NCBI RefSeq assembly: GCF_009914755.1
Contig: NC_060932.1
Source of the DNA: the human T2T-CHM13v2.0 reference genome, Homo sapiens
Length of the DNA: 64,000 nt
Direction: 5' to 3' (one strand)
The position numbers were made by a program, and so were the translations under genes. The first letter of the stretch is position 1; each line of letters begins with the position of its first letter. This document shows, one piece after another, positions 13,381 to 29,194 of the stretch. The notes beneath the pieces were generated by a model. It worked only from the letters and a program-made list of their open reading frames with translations. It did no database searches and was not told where the DNA came from.

Positions 13381-13991
13381 AGGAAGCCCCACTTTTTGAC
13401 AGATAAGGGAACTGAGAGTCATAGAGGAGATGTGGCTGGTCAGAGGGACAAGCTGGCAAGTGGCTGCATGAGTCCCAGAACTTGGGAGCCCTAGTTCCTG
13501 AGGCAGAGCGGCTGCCCCACTTCAGAGCTCTGTGGTATGTGTGTTGAGATAAATTCAGATCACAGTACACTCTCGGTCTGATGGAGGTAGCTTCAGGCAA
13601 GAGAGAGTAATCATCGAATTTTTTTTTAAAGCTGTAGACTAAACTAACCTGATTTCTAAAGATTCAAAACAGAAATGAAAAGCAGATACCCAGAATGAGG
13701 CATTGATTTTTCTTGGTGGAATAGCTTTGCGTGGAAAGTGGTTGAAATTCCACATTGATTTAGGGTAGCTCTTTGGATGCCAGAGTGTGAAAACCTGATA
13801 CTGGGCTATTTGGAAAGGAGAGCTCTGTTGGAAGAGCGTAACTGCAGGATGCTCTTGGAGTTCTGGTCTGCTCTGCGATGCTTGTTTGCAAAACCCTGTC
13901 ATGAGAAGGTCCACTAGATGGCAGGTTTCAGCTGTGCTACAACTGGCTTCCTATCACCAGTAAATGAAGAAACATTCCAAATGAGAACTGA

Positions 13992-14420
<429 letters not shown>

Positions 14421-15223
14421 CAACAAACACATTTTTTAAAAAGGGAGCAGACATTTGTAAGTGTATGTACCCACACAGGGACAAATTTATTCATGCCCCT
14501 GTCCCCTGCTGGGTCTTTCAGGAGCAGTGGCCCCCTTGAACAGTGTAGTTGATCCCTTCGAGGCTAATATAAACTTGCTGATGACTGTATTTTCAGGTGC
14601 TGAAATTGATTCAGGTTTTACCTCCAGACTCAGTCCATCCCAGATCCCATAAACATCTCCTGTCTTTGAGATCGGAAATAGCAAAGGTACTGTTTCTGAC
14701 AACAGTAATTATCATTTGTCGAACACTCTGTTTCTTGACTCCTCTGCCCTGTTCCTTTCTTCCCACTGTTTTGTCATAAGCATCTACTATGTTTATGGTC
14801 CCTGCTAGGCAGATGATGGAGATAAGATGGTGAGCAAAATAGATAAAATCTCTATATCCCATAGATCTTTTAATCTTAGGGAAGACAATTAAATAAGCAA
14901 TTTTAATAAAATATTAAAGTCTGTTAGCAAGTGCCTTGCTAACCGAAGTATGGTGTCAAGGAGGAGGAAACTCAAGCTCATATTTGAAAGTTCCCTGGGT
15001 AAGGAAGGGCATAGCAGGATATAAGGAAATTCCAGAAAGAGAGAAGTGTTTGAAGGAAGTACCTAGAAGTGGGAAAGAGCATAAAACTTGGAGCATGGAG
15101 GGCAGGTGGGTAAGATGTGGCGGTCAGAGGCGAGGGAGTGGGAAGGAGGTTAGGAGGAGAGATGATGATGGGAGGTGAGGCAGACCATGGAGGGCCTTGT
15201 TGGCCACATTAAGAAATTTAGAG

Positions 15224-15890
15224 TGCTGGAGAGGATGTGGAGTAATAGGAACACTTTTACACTGTTGGTGGGACTGTAAACTAGTTCAACCATTGTGGAA
15301 GTCAGTGTGGCGATTCCTCAGGGATCTAGAACTAGAAATACCATTTGACCCAGCCATCCCATTACTGGGTATATACCCAAAGAGTTATAAATCATGCTGC
15401 TATAAAGACACATGCACACGTATGTTTATAGCGGCACTATTCACAATAGCAAAGACTTGGAACCAACCTAAATATCCAACAGCGATAGACTGGATTAAGA
15501 AAATGTGGCACATATACACCATGGAATACTACGCAGCCATGAAAAATGATGAGTTCATGTCCTTTGTAGGGACATGGATGAAGCTGGAAACCATCATTCT
15601 CAGCAAACTGTCGTAAGGACAAAAAACCAAACACTGCATGTTCTCACTCATAGGTAGGAATTGAACAACGAGAATGCATGGACACAGGAAGGGGAACTTC
15701 ACACACCGGGGACTGTTGTGGGGTGGGGGGATGGGAGAGGGATAGCATTAGGAGATATACCTAATGCTAAATGACGAGTTAATGGGTGCAGCATACCAGC
15801 ATGGCACATGTATACATATGTAACAAACCTGCACGTCATGCACATGTACTCTAAAACTTAAAGTATAATAATAATAAAATTTAAAAAAAA
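15224..15890 (+). mobile_element. 5'-truncated L1PA (ORF2 C-terminus + 3' UTR), sense to PDGFRL
   Basis: ORF 15197-15616 encodes the ORF2p Cys-rich end ([14 protein letters not shown]); AATAAA 15873-15878; TSD aa(g/a)aaatttagag. Confidence 0.95.
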
Positions 15891-15965
15891 TTTAGAGCAA
15901 AATTTAGGGCAATTATGAGTCGAGGATTTAAAGCCTTTCTAAATATGTATACAAAGAAAATGCAT

Positions 15966-16255
15966 GGCTGGGCATGGTGGCTCACGCCTGTAATTCCAGC
16001 CCTTTGGGAGGCTGAGGCGGGTGGATCACTTGAGCTCAGGAGTTTGAGACCAGCTTGGGCAACATGGCAAGACCCCATCTCTACGAAAAAAGGTACACAA
16101 ATTAGCAGAGCATGGTGGCGTGTGCCTATAGTCCTAGCTACCTGGGAGGCTGAGGTGGGAGGATTGCTTGACTCTGGGAGGTGGAGGCTGCAGTGAGCTG
16201 AGATCATGCCACTGCGCTCCAGCTTGGGCAACAGAGTGAGACTCTGTCTCAGAAA
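15966..16255 (+). mobile_element. AluJ-like followed by a GA-rich tract
   Basis: Alu consensus; (GA)n/(GGAA)n to ~16320. Confidence 0.9.
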
Positions 16256-17988
16256 GAATGAAAGAAGGGAGAGAGAGAGACAGGGAGAGGGAAGGAAGGA
16301 GGGAGAGAGACTGAAAGAAGATGCTGAGTAATATAAACCGCATTGTGAGGGTTGGCCCTCCTCATTGCCTTCAGAAGAAAGACAGTGTCTCTTCCTGTGT
16401 CAGTTGCCTCCATCCTTCCTCCCCATGCCCCATACCCATTTCACTCCAACTGGGGTCTTTAGATGTGTTCTTGGACCTCATGCTTTTTTGCAATAATTTT
16501 TTAAATTTTTTCTTGCATTTTGTTGATAATATTAAAAACTTTGTGTAAGAATATTCTGGATTATCTGAATAACCCCTGCTGGGAGATCAACGTGACCCAT
16601 TTGCATCTTCTCTGCACACATTTTGTTTCTTGAATCTCATCATAACACACTTCCAGGGTGTAAAGCCAGAGAATTCTTGGCACCGCGCTGAGCCAGGGAA
16701 GAAAATGAGATGAAACGGAGAATAAGTGGGTCTGGACGAAGGCTTAAATATAACCAATCAATGCTGGTAGGAACAAGGAGACGTTGGAGATTTCAGCTAT
16801 GTTGTCAGCAACATCACAGCAGTAAAAACAAGATAGGCTGATGTGGTAATAAGCCCTGGTCCTGCTCCCTAGGAAATAAGAGTCCAGGCATTGTCTTTCA
16901 GGATGTTTTTCTGGTATCTGGTCGGATGTTAGCATTTTTTCAGTCAAAAACTGGGAGTTGGGAGGAGTGCGTGGGGCACAGGAGATCTCTTTGATGGCTG
17001 GCTCCTCGGAAAACAATAAATAGCTTTTAGAGAGAAGGGAGGGCATCGGGCTTTTCATTTGGCCACGGTTGGCAACAGCTTACTCCACCCACAGACAACA
17101 CAAAGGGAGGGTGGGCCGATGGAGCAGAGAGTGGGCTCCCAGCCAGGCTCATCATGTCATCCAGCATCTGGAGGGAGAGTCTGGAAGACATTTTAAAAGA
17201 AAAGGAGAAATATCTTAAGTGGTTATCAACAGAAGAATCCCACCATTGAGAAAGAATCTGCACAGACTTTGGTAAATGTTGTGGACAGTACTCTGGTGTT
17301 ATGCTGAGGAAGGTATTTTTTTTTCAAATAATTTATATTTTTGGAAAATACACAGAACGTACAATTTACCATATTAACCATTTTTAAGGAGATAGTTCAG
17401 TACACTTAAGTGCATTCATATCATTATGTGAGTGTCTTTTGTATGCGAACTCACTTTCCTCCAAAGCTCGTTTTATTTTATTTTCTGAGCAGAACAAATG
17501 AAGATGAGGAGGCTCTCACTTTGCCTTCATTCTTATCTGGAGCATGGGTCCAATTGGGGTCTAATTTGCAGTGGCCAGTCAAAAGGAAACGCCACCCCCA
17601 AACTCTAATACTTGCCTTCAAATGGTCTTCCACCCCAGAAATGACAAATACGTGACCTAACCAATGCTGAAGGTAGAGCGTTCTCTTTCCAGACTCACTG
17701 GCACCAGCTGCAGGCCCTCCGTATTTCCCCAGAGATGGGTAGGTGGAGGCTGCAGGATACAAGACTTCCCCCAGTGTACTCAATGTTCTGAGAGCGTTCA
17801 GCTTGCAGAAAAACACAGCTATGTTCCATTCAGGACATGGGTGGGGGCAGGTAATAATAGAACGAGGCTCATTGTGCTGTTCTCAGGATAGAATGAGGTC
17901 ATGTGTGTAAAGCTCTTGGCACACATAGTAAGCCACCTAAATATCGGTGAGCTATTTCTGTTCACCATACTGTACCCAAAGGAGGTAA

Positions 17989-18282
<294 letters not shown>

Positions 18283-20066
18283 CGAGTTTCGTTTTAAGAA
18301 ACGTTTTAGACGTGTGTCTCAATCCCCTACAAACTCTTTGTGTCCATAGCACTGTGGAGGGCTCACTGATGCTCATACTAATGGTCCCAAGGTTCTCTAG
18401 ATCACCCATTGCTCGTCGATCTAGTCATTAGAGTAGGGGAAATTGGTTGAAGCACGTTCTATAGTTTTGGGGAAAACGTCTTCTGCTAACTCTTACTTAA
18501 AAATAATGTTTCTACCTACACCAAATATGTATTTAAAAAAACAACAAAAAAAGTTTCTTTCAACAAAACATTTCATTTCTTGAGCATTTCTGGTAAGTCT
18601 AGGATTGATTATCCCAGATGTGTTGCACAGAATTAAAATACAGTAAGAAAATGACAATACAGTCAAGCTAGTGCATTAAACCAAAGACACTGTAGGAATA
18701 TCACCAACTATGTTAGATGATAATTTTGGGGCATCTTGCAAGATGGAGCATTGTTTATAGTACCAGTGATTGCATGTATTTTATGAGTGAAATGTTGCTT
18801 TAACAAGTAAGTATACATGTGGGTGACGTCTGGGATTTAATGCTCAAACGTAAAAACTGGTGTGTTAGTAGCATGATTTTTGACCAAGTATTTGAATATA
18901 GAAGATGTAAATAAAACAGCTTTGAAAGATATGTCAAAGGAGGGTGCAAGAAAAGAGGAATAAAGGATAAGATGTAAAATGGGAAATTTTATGTCCACTA
19001 GTGTATAATTGTGTAGAATGGCACATTTATAAAAAAGCAAAACGAAGATGTCAGAGGTTTGCCTCCAGTGTCCGGGCTTGGCTGCCTTGGCGGCTCCGTC
19101 CCACCCACACAGCCGGCTGCAGGTGGGCAGCTGCTAAGTTGCTGCCCTGGGGAGTCTGCCCAGAACCTTCTCTTGTCACTTCCCGTCCTGCATTCCCAAC
19201 TTGTCCACTCTGTCCTGGGGCCTCAGGGGCCTGTCTCCTGCCTCGCTTGGTGCCTTCCTGCTCAAAGACTTTGCTTGGATTGCCTTTGGGAGTTCATCCT
19301 GATTTGCCCCTGGTCTCTGCCTTTCAGACCACATCCTACTGTCCAAAGCACTCCTCTCTCTCCATCCCACTGCCTAGAAACCAGATGAGATCTGGTGTCT
19401 CAGTTACATTGGAGCAGAGGTCAGAAAGCACCAGCTCACCCTTTCCTGTAACAGCACTGTTGTTTGTGAACTTGACTTCATGGCTGGGAAAAGGTAGGGG
19501 GTTGGGGGCCCTGTGAGTCAACCAACATTGATACAAGTGAATCAATGTTGAACGTGCCCTCAAGCGTTTATTTACTCAGGTGGCTCGTGCATTGGCACAA
19601 TATATCACATCAGCTGGTAGGCATCCTGGGGAAGGAGGCAGAGGGAGGCACTGTCCCATACAAGAGCCGGAGGGGTGACCAGAGCGAGTGTGTCACAGCC
19701 TTCAGTTCATTGTTGGTCTGCTGAGGAGAATGCACGCTAAATAGCATTAACGTTTGCTTAATGTATATATAAAGGCAGTCTACTAAGCCAGAATGCTTAT
19801 GAGGGGGGGAAAAAGACAGAAATAGTCCCAATGACAAGCAGCTTAAGAACTAGTGAGATAAAAGACAAACCAGATACAAGGACAGAGCAACAGAAGACAG
19901 TGTGTGGTCAAGTGTGAGTGTGGAGCGGCTGATAGGAAGGAGAGAAGGCAGCTGTGAGCAGGCGTTGGTGAGGCAAATGGAATCATTGAGTAAGTGATGA
20001 CCTGATTGTAGGAGACCAGGCCTTGAAGATAAGATAGAGACTTGTACAAAGCAGAGCCAAGGAGGG

Positions 20067-20343
20067 GCCAGGCAAGGCAGCTCATGCCTGTAATCCCAGC
20101 ACTTTGGCAGGCTGAGGCAGGAGGATCACTTGAGCCCGGGAGTTTGAGACCAGCCTGAGCAAAATAGTGAGACCCCATCTCTTAAAAACAAACAAAAAGT
20201 TTTAGCTGGATATAGTGCTACACCCTGTGGTCCTGGCTACTTGGGAGGCTGGGGTGGGTGGTTGAGGCTACAGTGAGCCATGGTCACACTGCTGCACTCC
20301 AGCCTGGGTGACAGAGCAAGACTGTCTCAAATAGTGATAATAA
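20067..20343 (+). mobile_element. AluJ-like
   Basis: Alu consensus with a small internal deletion. Confidence 0.85.
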
Positions 20344-20353
20344 AATAGGAGCC

Positions 20354-20933
<580 letters not shown>

Positions 20934-21449
20934 TCATGTTGCACAGCTTTTAGTAAAGTAAACTCAAATCAAGCCATATTCCCAAGATCTCTGTAGTCTC
21001 TACACCAAGAAAACAGTTTGTTTATTTAGGTTTCTGATGTTACTCAGAAGATTTACCATCAAAGTGGCATTGTTATGAGCGATTACCTTGAAAACGTTGG
21101 CAGGAGGGAGATTTGGTGGATTTCCCCGCAGTGAATTCACTGTGCTGGGTGCAAATGGGTCCAGGCCCCATGGCTGTTGCATTCACTATTCTGACTTGGC
21201 CATAATACACTCACTGTGCCTGCACGCCTGCCCATTAGTAATTCACAGCTTGTTCTCCTAGCAAGGGTGGCAGAGGCTTGCTCCTTTGTCCTCTGTCCTC
21301 ACTCATCTTCCAGGGCCGATTCTTCCCAAGTATGTGGCTGTGAGCGTTCAGCTGAGCAGAGCTGGGGCATGTTTTTCTGATGTTACCCACAGAGAAGTGC
21401 TGATGAGCTTCTGCTACATGGTAAGATTAGAATTGCCAGATTTATAGTA

Positions 21450-21681
21450 AGGGTTGGGCATCCTAATCCATAAATCCAGAATCCGAAATGCTACAAAATC
21501 TGAAACTTTTTGAGCACTATGACATTCAAAGGAAATGCTTACTGGAGCATTTCAGATTTCAGATTTTCAAATTAGGGATGCTTAACTAGTAAGTATGATG
21601 CAGATACTCCAAAATCTGAGAAAAATCTGAAGTCCAAACCCCTCTGGTTCCAAGCATTTTGGATAAGGGATTCTCAACCTG
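21450..21681. mobile_element. Tigger4/MER46-family DNA transposon MITE
   Basis: TIR-like ggttgggcatcc ... gggattctcaacctg, TA flanks, internal aaaatctgaaa / tttcagatttt inverted repeats. Confidence 0.8.
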
Positions 21682-21760
21682 TAGTGTGAGTAACCCATAT
21701 ACATCTGAGTTATATGGTCACAAAGTTTGAAAGATGACCTTGTCAAATTTACATGAGAAG

Positions 21761-22048
21761 GGCCAGGCGCGGTGGCTCACACCTGTAATCCGAGCACTTT
21801 GGGAGGCCAAGGTGGCAGGATCCCTTGAGCTCGGGAGCTAAAGAGCAGCCTGGCCAGTATGGTGAAACCCCGTCACTACTAAACACACAAAAATTAGCCG
21901 GGCCTGGTGGCGCATGCCTGTAGTCCCAGGTACTCAGGAGGCTGAGGCGGGAGATTCCCTTGAACCCAGGAGGCAGAGGTTGCAGTGAGCCGAGATCACA
22001 CCACTGCACTCCAGCCTGGGGGACAGTGAGATTCCGTCTCAAAAAAAA
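21761..22048 (+). mobile_element. Alu (S-type)
   Basis: Alu consensus; TSD ttaca(t/c)gagaa. Confidence 0.92.
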
Positions 22049-23514
22049 TTACACGAGAATTGATGATTTCGTTGTTATTTCCATGCATTTCTCTACATGG
22101 TGAGTGCCTATCTGGAAAGTAATCATCTGTAAATTTCCTCCAAGTCATTCATTTGGTTAGGACTTACTTACGTATTTAAAACAGTCAACTCATGTTTCTT
22201 TTGCGGTACGCAGTGGGAGGCATGCCAAACTCTCTTTTCTCAGGAGTCCCCAGGGATTTCATTCCCAGCTCTGCCTCTAGCTGGCCTTGTAACCTTGGAT
22301 GAGTCAGTTCATCTCTGTAAAGTGAGACATCCAACCAGATGATCTTTAAGGTCCCTCTCAGTTCTGAAAGTACTCTTGGCACTTGTACTTAACTCACATT
22401 GGATAAAAAAGGGAGGCAAAAAGTAAGGACTCTTAGATAAGTTATTCAACCCACTTTCACTCACTGAATTCTCTTCTATTCTGTACACTGTCACCTTTAA
22501 CCGTAGTTCAAGGTCACATAGCCAGTAACTGGTAGAGGCAGGATTTGAACCAAGGAAAGCTGACTCCTGAGTGCATGCTCTTAACCGCCCTTTTACAAAG
22601 GCCACTGGACATGGTCGGCCTCCTTGGGAATAGGACCCTGAAGAGTAACCACGTTTTGGTCAGATAGAAGAAGAGAGCGCTTCAGAGGGAAAGAGATGCG
22701 TGGAGGGCTCAGAGGTGAAAATGAGCCGATGTGTCTGGGTTTGGTGAGGAGCTAGATGGCTAAAGACACCGGGTTACTCAGCTTAAGGGCTGGGAGAGCA
22801 AAGGAGCTGGAATACCAGGCAGAGGTGGTAACGTGCAATTCTGTGTGCAATGGGAGAAGCTAATATTTAGAACTGGAGGTAATGATAAAATGATTTTCAG
22901 GAAAGTATATCTGATACGTGATGAAAGGCATCTGAAGGGGATGGGGGAGACATTTCTCCAGAAAGACTGATTTGTCAGCTGACAGAGGAGAAATGAGAGA
23001 GTCAATGGTAATAGCAGCCTGGGTGACAGGTGGAGTTGCAGCTCGGTGGAAAGAACTAGAAATGCCGAGAGTGGGAACCAAGTAAGAAGGAAGGCTTGCT
23101 AAGATCTGGGAGCCTGGGTTAAACTCCAGGGGAGGTGGCACAGCCTCGGCAGGTCCACACAGGCAGGGGAGCAGAATGGCTAAGAAACAGCCATGCCGCA
23201 CTCCAAATGATGTGTTATACTCCAGTTGGCAGTGTTTCCATTAATCAGAACAAAATAATACACAGTAGTTTTAGGCCTCTAAAGGAATTCTTGGTGGCCC
23301 TGCCTGTTGGAAATTCACATTTTAAAAAGGCAACACTTTGTAAAACTAACCTCCAGGTATTTAAATACACATGAGCCCTTGTGCTTACGCATTTATGCAG
23401 TATCTGTTTCGCACTTTATAAGCAGTTTTACTTGTTTTGCTTTTATTATAGCTTTTCTTTTCTTTTCTCTCTTCCCTCTTCCTTCTTCCTTCTCCTCTCT
23501 TCTCCTCTCTTTTC

Positions 23515-23803
23515 TTTTTTTGAGACAGTGTCTCACTCTGTTGCCCAGGCCATAGTGCAGTGGCATGATCTCAGCTCACTGCACCTCTGCCTCCCGGGTT
23601 CAAGCTATTCTCCTGCCTCAGCCTTCTGAGTAGCTGAGATTACAAGCACCTGCCACCATACCCGGGTAATTTTTGCATTTTTAGTAGATATGTGGTTTCA
23701 CCATATTGGCCAGGCTGGTCTCAAACTCCTGACCTCAGGTGATCCACCTACCTCGGCCTCCCAAAGTGCTGGGATTACAGATGTGAGCCACCACACCTGG
23801 CCC
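23515..23803 (-). mobile_element. Alu (Sx-like), antisense
   Basis: Alu consensus preceded by a CT-rich tract. Confidence 0.92.
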
Positions 23804-23962
23804 AGTTTTTCTTTTCTTATTATAAAATAACACATACTTATTTGATCTAGAAACTTAAAAACTATAAATAAGCAAAAAGGAGAAAGATCACTGAAAACCC
23901 CAAGAAACATGGTTAACACAGTAATGTTGAATCTTCTAGTTTTGTATTTAGTATAAAAAAGG

Positions 23963-24175
23963 TATCAAAATCTGCAAACTCTTTAATGACTAACTTTCCC
24001 CCTAATCTGTTGTGAATATTTTTTATGTGTAAAGTTATCAAAATATTCTATCTCTTTTATGATTAACTTTTCCCGTAATCTATTGTGAATATTTTTATGT
24101 GTAAAATTATCAAAATATTCAAACTCTTTCATGATTAACTTTGCACCTAATCTACCATGAATATTTTTTGTGAGT
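23963..24175. repeat. Diverged 72-73 bp tandem repeat, ~3 copies
   Basis: Units start tatcaaaat at 23963, 24036, 24108 and share atga(c/t)taacttt...taatct...tgaatatttt. Confidence 0.9.
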
Positions 24176-24727
24176 TATGGCTGTAATACTGTAGTAGGTT
24201 TAGCTAAATCTCTTGGGTCTCTCCATCTCTTAGATCATGCCCCATTTTTTACGATCACTGTCATTGCGGTAGCTAACATCTAGGTAGCAAGGATCTCTTC
24301 CTCTGGGTGGAATTGCTGGGCGTATTTTAAGGCCTTTGTTCCAGGTGGTTGGAGGGGATTTTCTGTTGGGAGGATCGCTGGTGTGTCAGGTATGGTTTTG
24401 GTTTGTGGTGTCAAGGGGATATACGCTTCTCATTTTCTCAGAGTCTAGAGAATATCTGAAGGAGGAAGAGGAGCTTTTCCTTTGTAAAGGACCTGGATAT
24501 GCTGGACAGAGGGTCAAAAAGAATGATGACCCCAGCAGGTGACAGAGGGGAAATGAAAAGGGAAGGGGGACTTCGCAGTATGGCGGGCAGAGTCCAGGCA
24601 GTGCCAAGAATAGGACCTGCAGGGGTGAGAGTGATGCCGGCAGGGCTGGAGGGATGTAGCGTGTGCAGTCTCCCGTGAAGTAGTGGGGAAGTGCTTAGGG
24701 TGACTTCTTTTTCAATAATCCAGAGAA

Positions 24728-25000
24728 GGCCAGGCGCAGTGGCTCATGCCTGTAATCCCAGCACTTTGGGAGGCCGAGGCAGGTGGATTGCTCAAGCTCA
24801 GGAGTTCGATGCCAGCCTGGGCAACGTAGGAAGCCCCTGTCTCTACAGAAAAATGCTAAAATTAGCCAGGCATGGTAGTGTGCACTTGTAGTCCAAGCTA
24901 CTCAGAAGGCTGAGGTGGGAGGATGGTGTGAACCCCACGGAGGTCACACCACTGCCCTCCAGCCTGGGTAACAGAGTGAGACCCCATCTCAAAAAAGAAA
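24728..25000 (+). mobile_element. AluJ-like
   Basis: Alu consensus with a right-arm deletion. Confidence 0.88.
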
Positions 25001-25169
25001 AGCTACCTTAAAAATAATAATAAGATAATAATACAGAGGAATCTGGCATAAGTGATTGCAGTAGAGAGACCTGAGCCACATTTCACAACGTAACTGGTTG
25101 TTGAGGTGGAAATATTGTATCACATTGCAAGGATTTTGAATAGTTCCTTGGATAGTATGCAAATGTGGA

Positions 25170-25302
25170 GATAGATGATAGATAGATAGTAGATGGGCAA
25201 CAGACAGATTGACAGATGATAGATTGATAGATGATAGATCAGTAGATGATAGGCTGATAAATGATAGATTGATTCGTAATAGATAGATTGATAGATGATA
25301 GA
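25170..25302. repeat. Degenerate (GATA)n/(GAT) simple repeat
   Basis: gatagatgatagatagatag... Confidence 0.88.
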
Positions 25303-25726
25303 GGAATAGAGCTATTCCAGCCTAATTTCTGATACAAGAACTATATTCACTTTGAAGTCCTTTAGTTTGCATATTTGTTTCCCTGAGATCATCATGCATA
25401 TTTTTTCTTTCTTTTTTAAAGAAACATAAACAGTGACAGTTTCAGTATGTTTTACCCAGCTGTCTGTTTCCCAGGATCTGTACTCTGTTCATATGGCACG
25501 TTTCCTGCATATCATTCAGCCATTCTTCTCTGACACGTTCTGAGACGGAGACTTACAGGAAATACAGGCCCTGTGTAAACACTTGAAACACAGACAAGCA
25601 AATACCCACGAGTCTTTATCGCTCTTGATTCTTGGCACAGTTCCTTGCATGTGGTAGAGGCCTAACAGTTTTTCACATGAATGTAGAATAAGGAGGATAT
25701 TTATGTTTTAATTTTGTAAACTTGTT

Positions 25727-25990
<264 letters not shown>

Positions 25991-25994
25991 TGAA

Positions 25995-26210
25995 CTGAGC
26001 TTCAAATTCTTCTCTGGCAGCTCCAACACTTCCTGTGTAGCCTTGGGAAAGTTACCTAACCTCTCCAGCCTGTTTGTTCACCTGCCACGTGGGGTTAATA
26101 ATAGCACTTATCTCTCAGGGCTTCATGAGGATCAAATGAGTCAAAATGGGTAAAGGGCTTACAGCATTGCTTAGCACATATTAAACACTGCTTAAGTTTC
26201 AGTTATTGTT
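25995..26210. mobile_element. MIR
   Basis: ccttgggaaagttacctaacctctcc...aatagcacttatctctcaggg...gaggatcaaatgag core. Confidence 0.75.
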
Positions 26211-26767
26211 ATAAGTCTCATCATTGCCATCTCACGGGATTGAGAAAAAGTAAAGTGTCTCTTCCGTATTGCCAGTTATGAAGTCGATGCTTAATAACTG
26301 ATGGGTGTCCCGTTCTTGTTTCCTTTAATTAATTACCGGATGGTTTAGTGTTGACTTAATAGAAAACAGTGTACCGTTTCTACTATGGAATTTAAAATTC
26401 TGAGCTCATTTAACTGGATCTCTCATATTTTTGTTTGTGATTTGGGAGTGTGTGTGTGTGTGCATAGCTATACTTAGCAGATTTTACAAGCTGTTAGAGG
26501 TGCCATCACTCAGTCAAAATTGCTTCATTTCATTTCATTTCTGTAGGATGAAAATCCATGCCCTCTTAATTTATAAGTGTTTGTAACCTGAGTCTGTGTG
26601 ACACTAGATTAGATGCTCTGCCACTCAATAGCTGAGTAACTTGGACAAGTTGCTTCTCTATGTTTCGGTGCCCTCAAGCAGTAAAAGGGGAAAAATAGTA
26701 CCTCCAACTTAATGTAGCTGTGAGAACCAGGGGGACCATAATAATGACAATTTCTAAAGTGTTTCGA

Positions 26768-27060
26768 GTCTGGGTGTGGTGGCTCATGCCTGTAATCCCA
26801 GCACTTGGGGAGGCTGTGGTGGGAGATTGCTTGAGGCCAGGAATTCAAGACTAGCCTGGGCGACGCAGCAAGACCCTGTCTCTACAAAAAAATCTAAAAA
26901 AATTAGCCGGATGTGGTGGCACATGCCAGCTACTCAGGAGGCCAAGGTGGGAGGATCCCTTAAGCCTAGGAGTTTGAGGCTGTAGTGAGCTATGATTGCA
27001 CCACTGTACTCAAAGCCTGGGCAAGAGAGCGAGACCCTATCTCTAAATGAATAAATAAGA
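26768..27060 (+). mobile_element. AluJ-like
   Basis: Alu consensus within MIR-like flanks. Confidence 0.88.
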
Positions 27061-27229
27061 TGTATTGAGCACTTCTCTGTGGCAGATGCTGTTCTAAGTC
27101 CTGAACTTGTTTACGGAGCTTGGCAGCGTGCCTGCACTCAACAAGCATTAGCTATCATTATTGTTACTACAAGTCTGAAGAGTAGGTGAAGCCAGACTGT
27201 GGAAGACGAGCTGTAGCTAAGGACTCTGA

Positions 27230-27635
<406 letters not shown>

Positions 27636-29194
27636 CAAGTTCATGATTTTATGCCTTTCACCACAGTCTTCAGCCAACTTGTCGTCCAGAATAACATCGC
27701 TTTGTTCTGCACAAACTTGCCTTTTTTCTTCTCTCTGGAGACCTCCTTCCCTGGGACTGCATGCCCTCGATTTGCGCATGTTGACATCCTTCCTTTGTAC
27801 CAAGACCCTCTTGGCCTAGAGGCTCTTGCTGGTTACTCTCCTCGGAGTTCTCATGGCATGTTGTGTAGGAGAACTCGGGAGCAGGGACTTCTCTAGACAT
27901 CATTGCATCCCTCCTGTCCTCTCCAGCACCTCCCATTTATTTTGTACTTACTAAGTATGTGTGGGTATAATACCAATGAATCATTATCTTGTAACCCAAG
28001 GCTCACCCTTGCCCTTGGCTTGCGGAGTCTTCACCGGGGCAGACAGGAAATGGACCCCACTACTATTAACTGGCCACTGCCCCAAGTAAGATGCACCGGT
28101 CCCTATATCTGAGGACTGTCAGCTCCCTCCTCTGTGCCATCTCATGACTTAGGCCACCCCCAGGAGAGAGCAGCCTGGGCTAAATACAGGAAGCTTCAGT
28201 CCTCCACTGATGGGAGCAAGACTCTGTGTGTGTTAAGGCCAGGGGAGCGTGTTGGAAGCCATGCACACACATACACATACACGGGGTCTTAAAATTTGAA
28301 CACTTTCACTTTGAAACATGGACTTGGCCATCACTGAGATCTCTGTGGGTCAGGGCTAGAACTCCTAGTTTAGAAAGAAAAGGCCAGAGGCAAGCTGATG
28401 TGTTGGCGTGTTCAGAGCTGCTTCCTGTTAATGTGAATTCTGCTTCTCTTAGGACGCTTTTTCCTGGCATTTGGTCATGACACCTTCTTTTTGCTCCACT
28501 TAAACTCCCCATTCGCCACTTTCTCCATCCCTGGGGATGGTGTTCAGTGGTTACACAGAAAGGAAGGGTCTTTGATGAAGCGTCTCTGTACAGACACTGG
28601 CTCTGAAGGGCTCAGGGAATCCTTGTCTCCCTTGCGTGACACGGACTCAGCCTCCAGAGGCCCTCGGTCACTTCCAACCCCTTGCGTAGCCTGCTGCCTA
28701 GACGATGAGATACCATTGGTAGAAATGGACATTCTAAATCCAGGCCCTGAAACTGTAATCCCACTAAATAATTTGTTTCCTGTTTTACATTGTTTGCGTA
28801 GAAGAGGGGGTGGAAAAATGCAGAACTGTTTTCCAGTGCGTTTCCTTCCTTCCGCCCCCAAACCTACTAAAGATACAGCATGCAGATTGCACACTGGTGG
28901 TAGGGTTATTCCCAAGTGTTAATTTCTTACGTGCCTAATTACTTTCCCAGTAGGAATGGCATCTTATACTTTCTATCACTACAGTGCTAGCAAATGCTCG
29001 GCCCAGAGAAGATGCGCAGTGAATTTACTGATTGCCTGCTGATTTGGTACCCTGGTTCTGAGCTCTACGGGAATGTGGCCAGAAATTATTGTCCACATGG
29101 GGAGACTGTCGCCTCCATTTTCCCTTCCCTTTTCTTTTTTTTTAATTTGCTGAAATCTAGCTTCATCCTTAAAACTAGCATTGATCTTTCCATT

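Noticed and set aside
15197-15616. 139-aa ORF with clear protein-like sequence
   Set aside because: L1 ORF2p C-terminal remnant in a 5'-truncated L1, not a host gene
18378-18431. Imperfect hairpin (ctaatg...ctagatc / gatctag...cattag)
   Set aside because: Stems of 6-7 bp with large bulges are expected by chance in 64 kb
23963-24175. Repeat array as a CRISPR-like locus
   Set aside because: Whole-unit tandem repeat without unique spacers, in mammalian intron DNA
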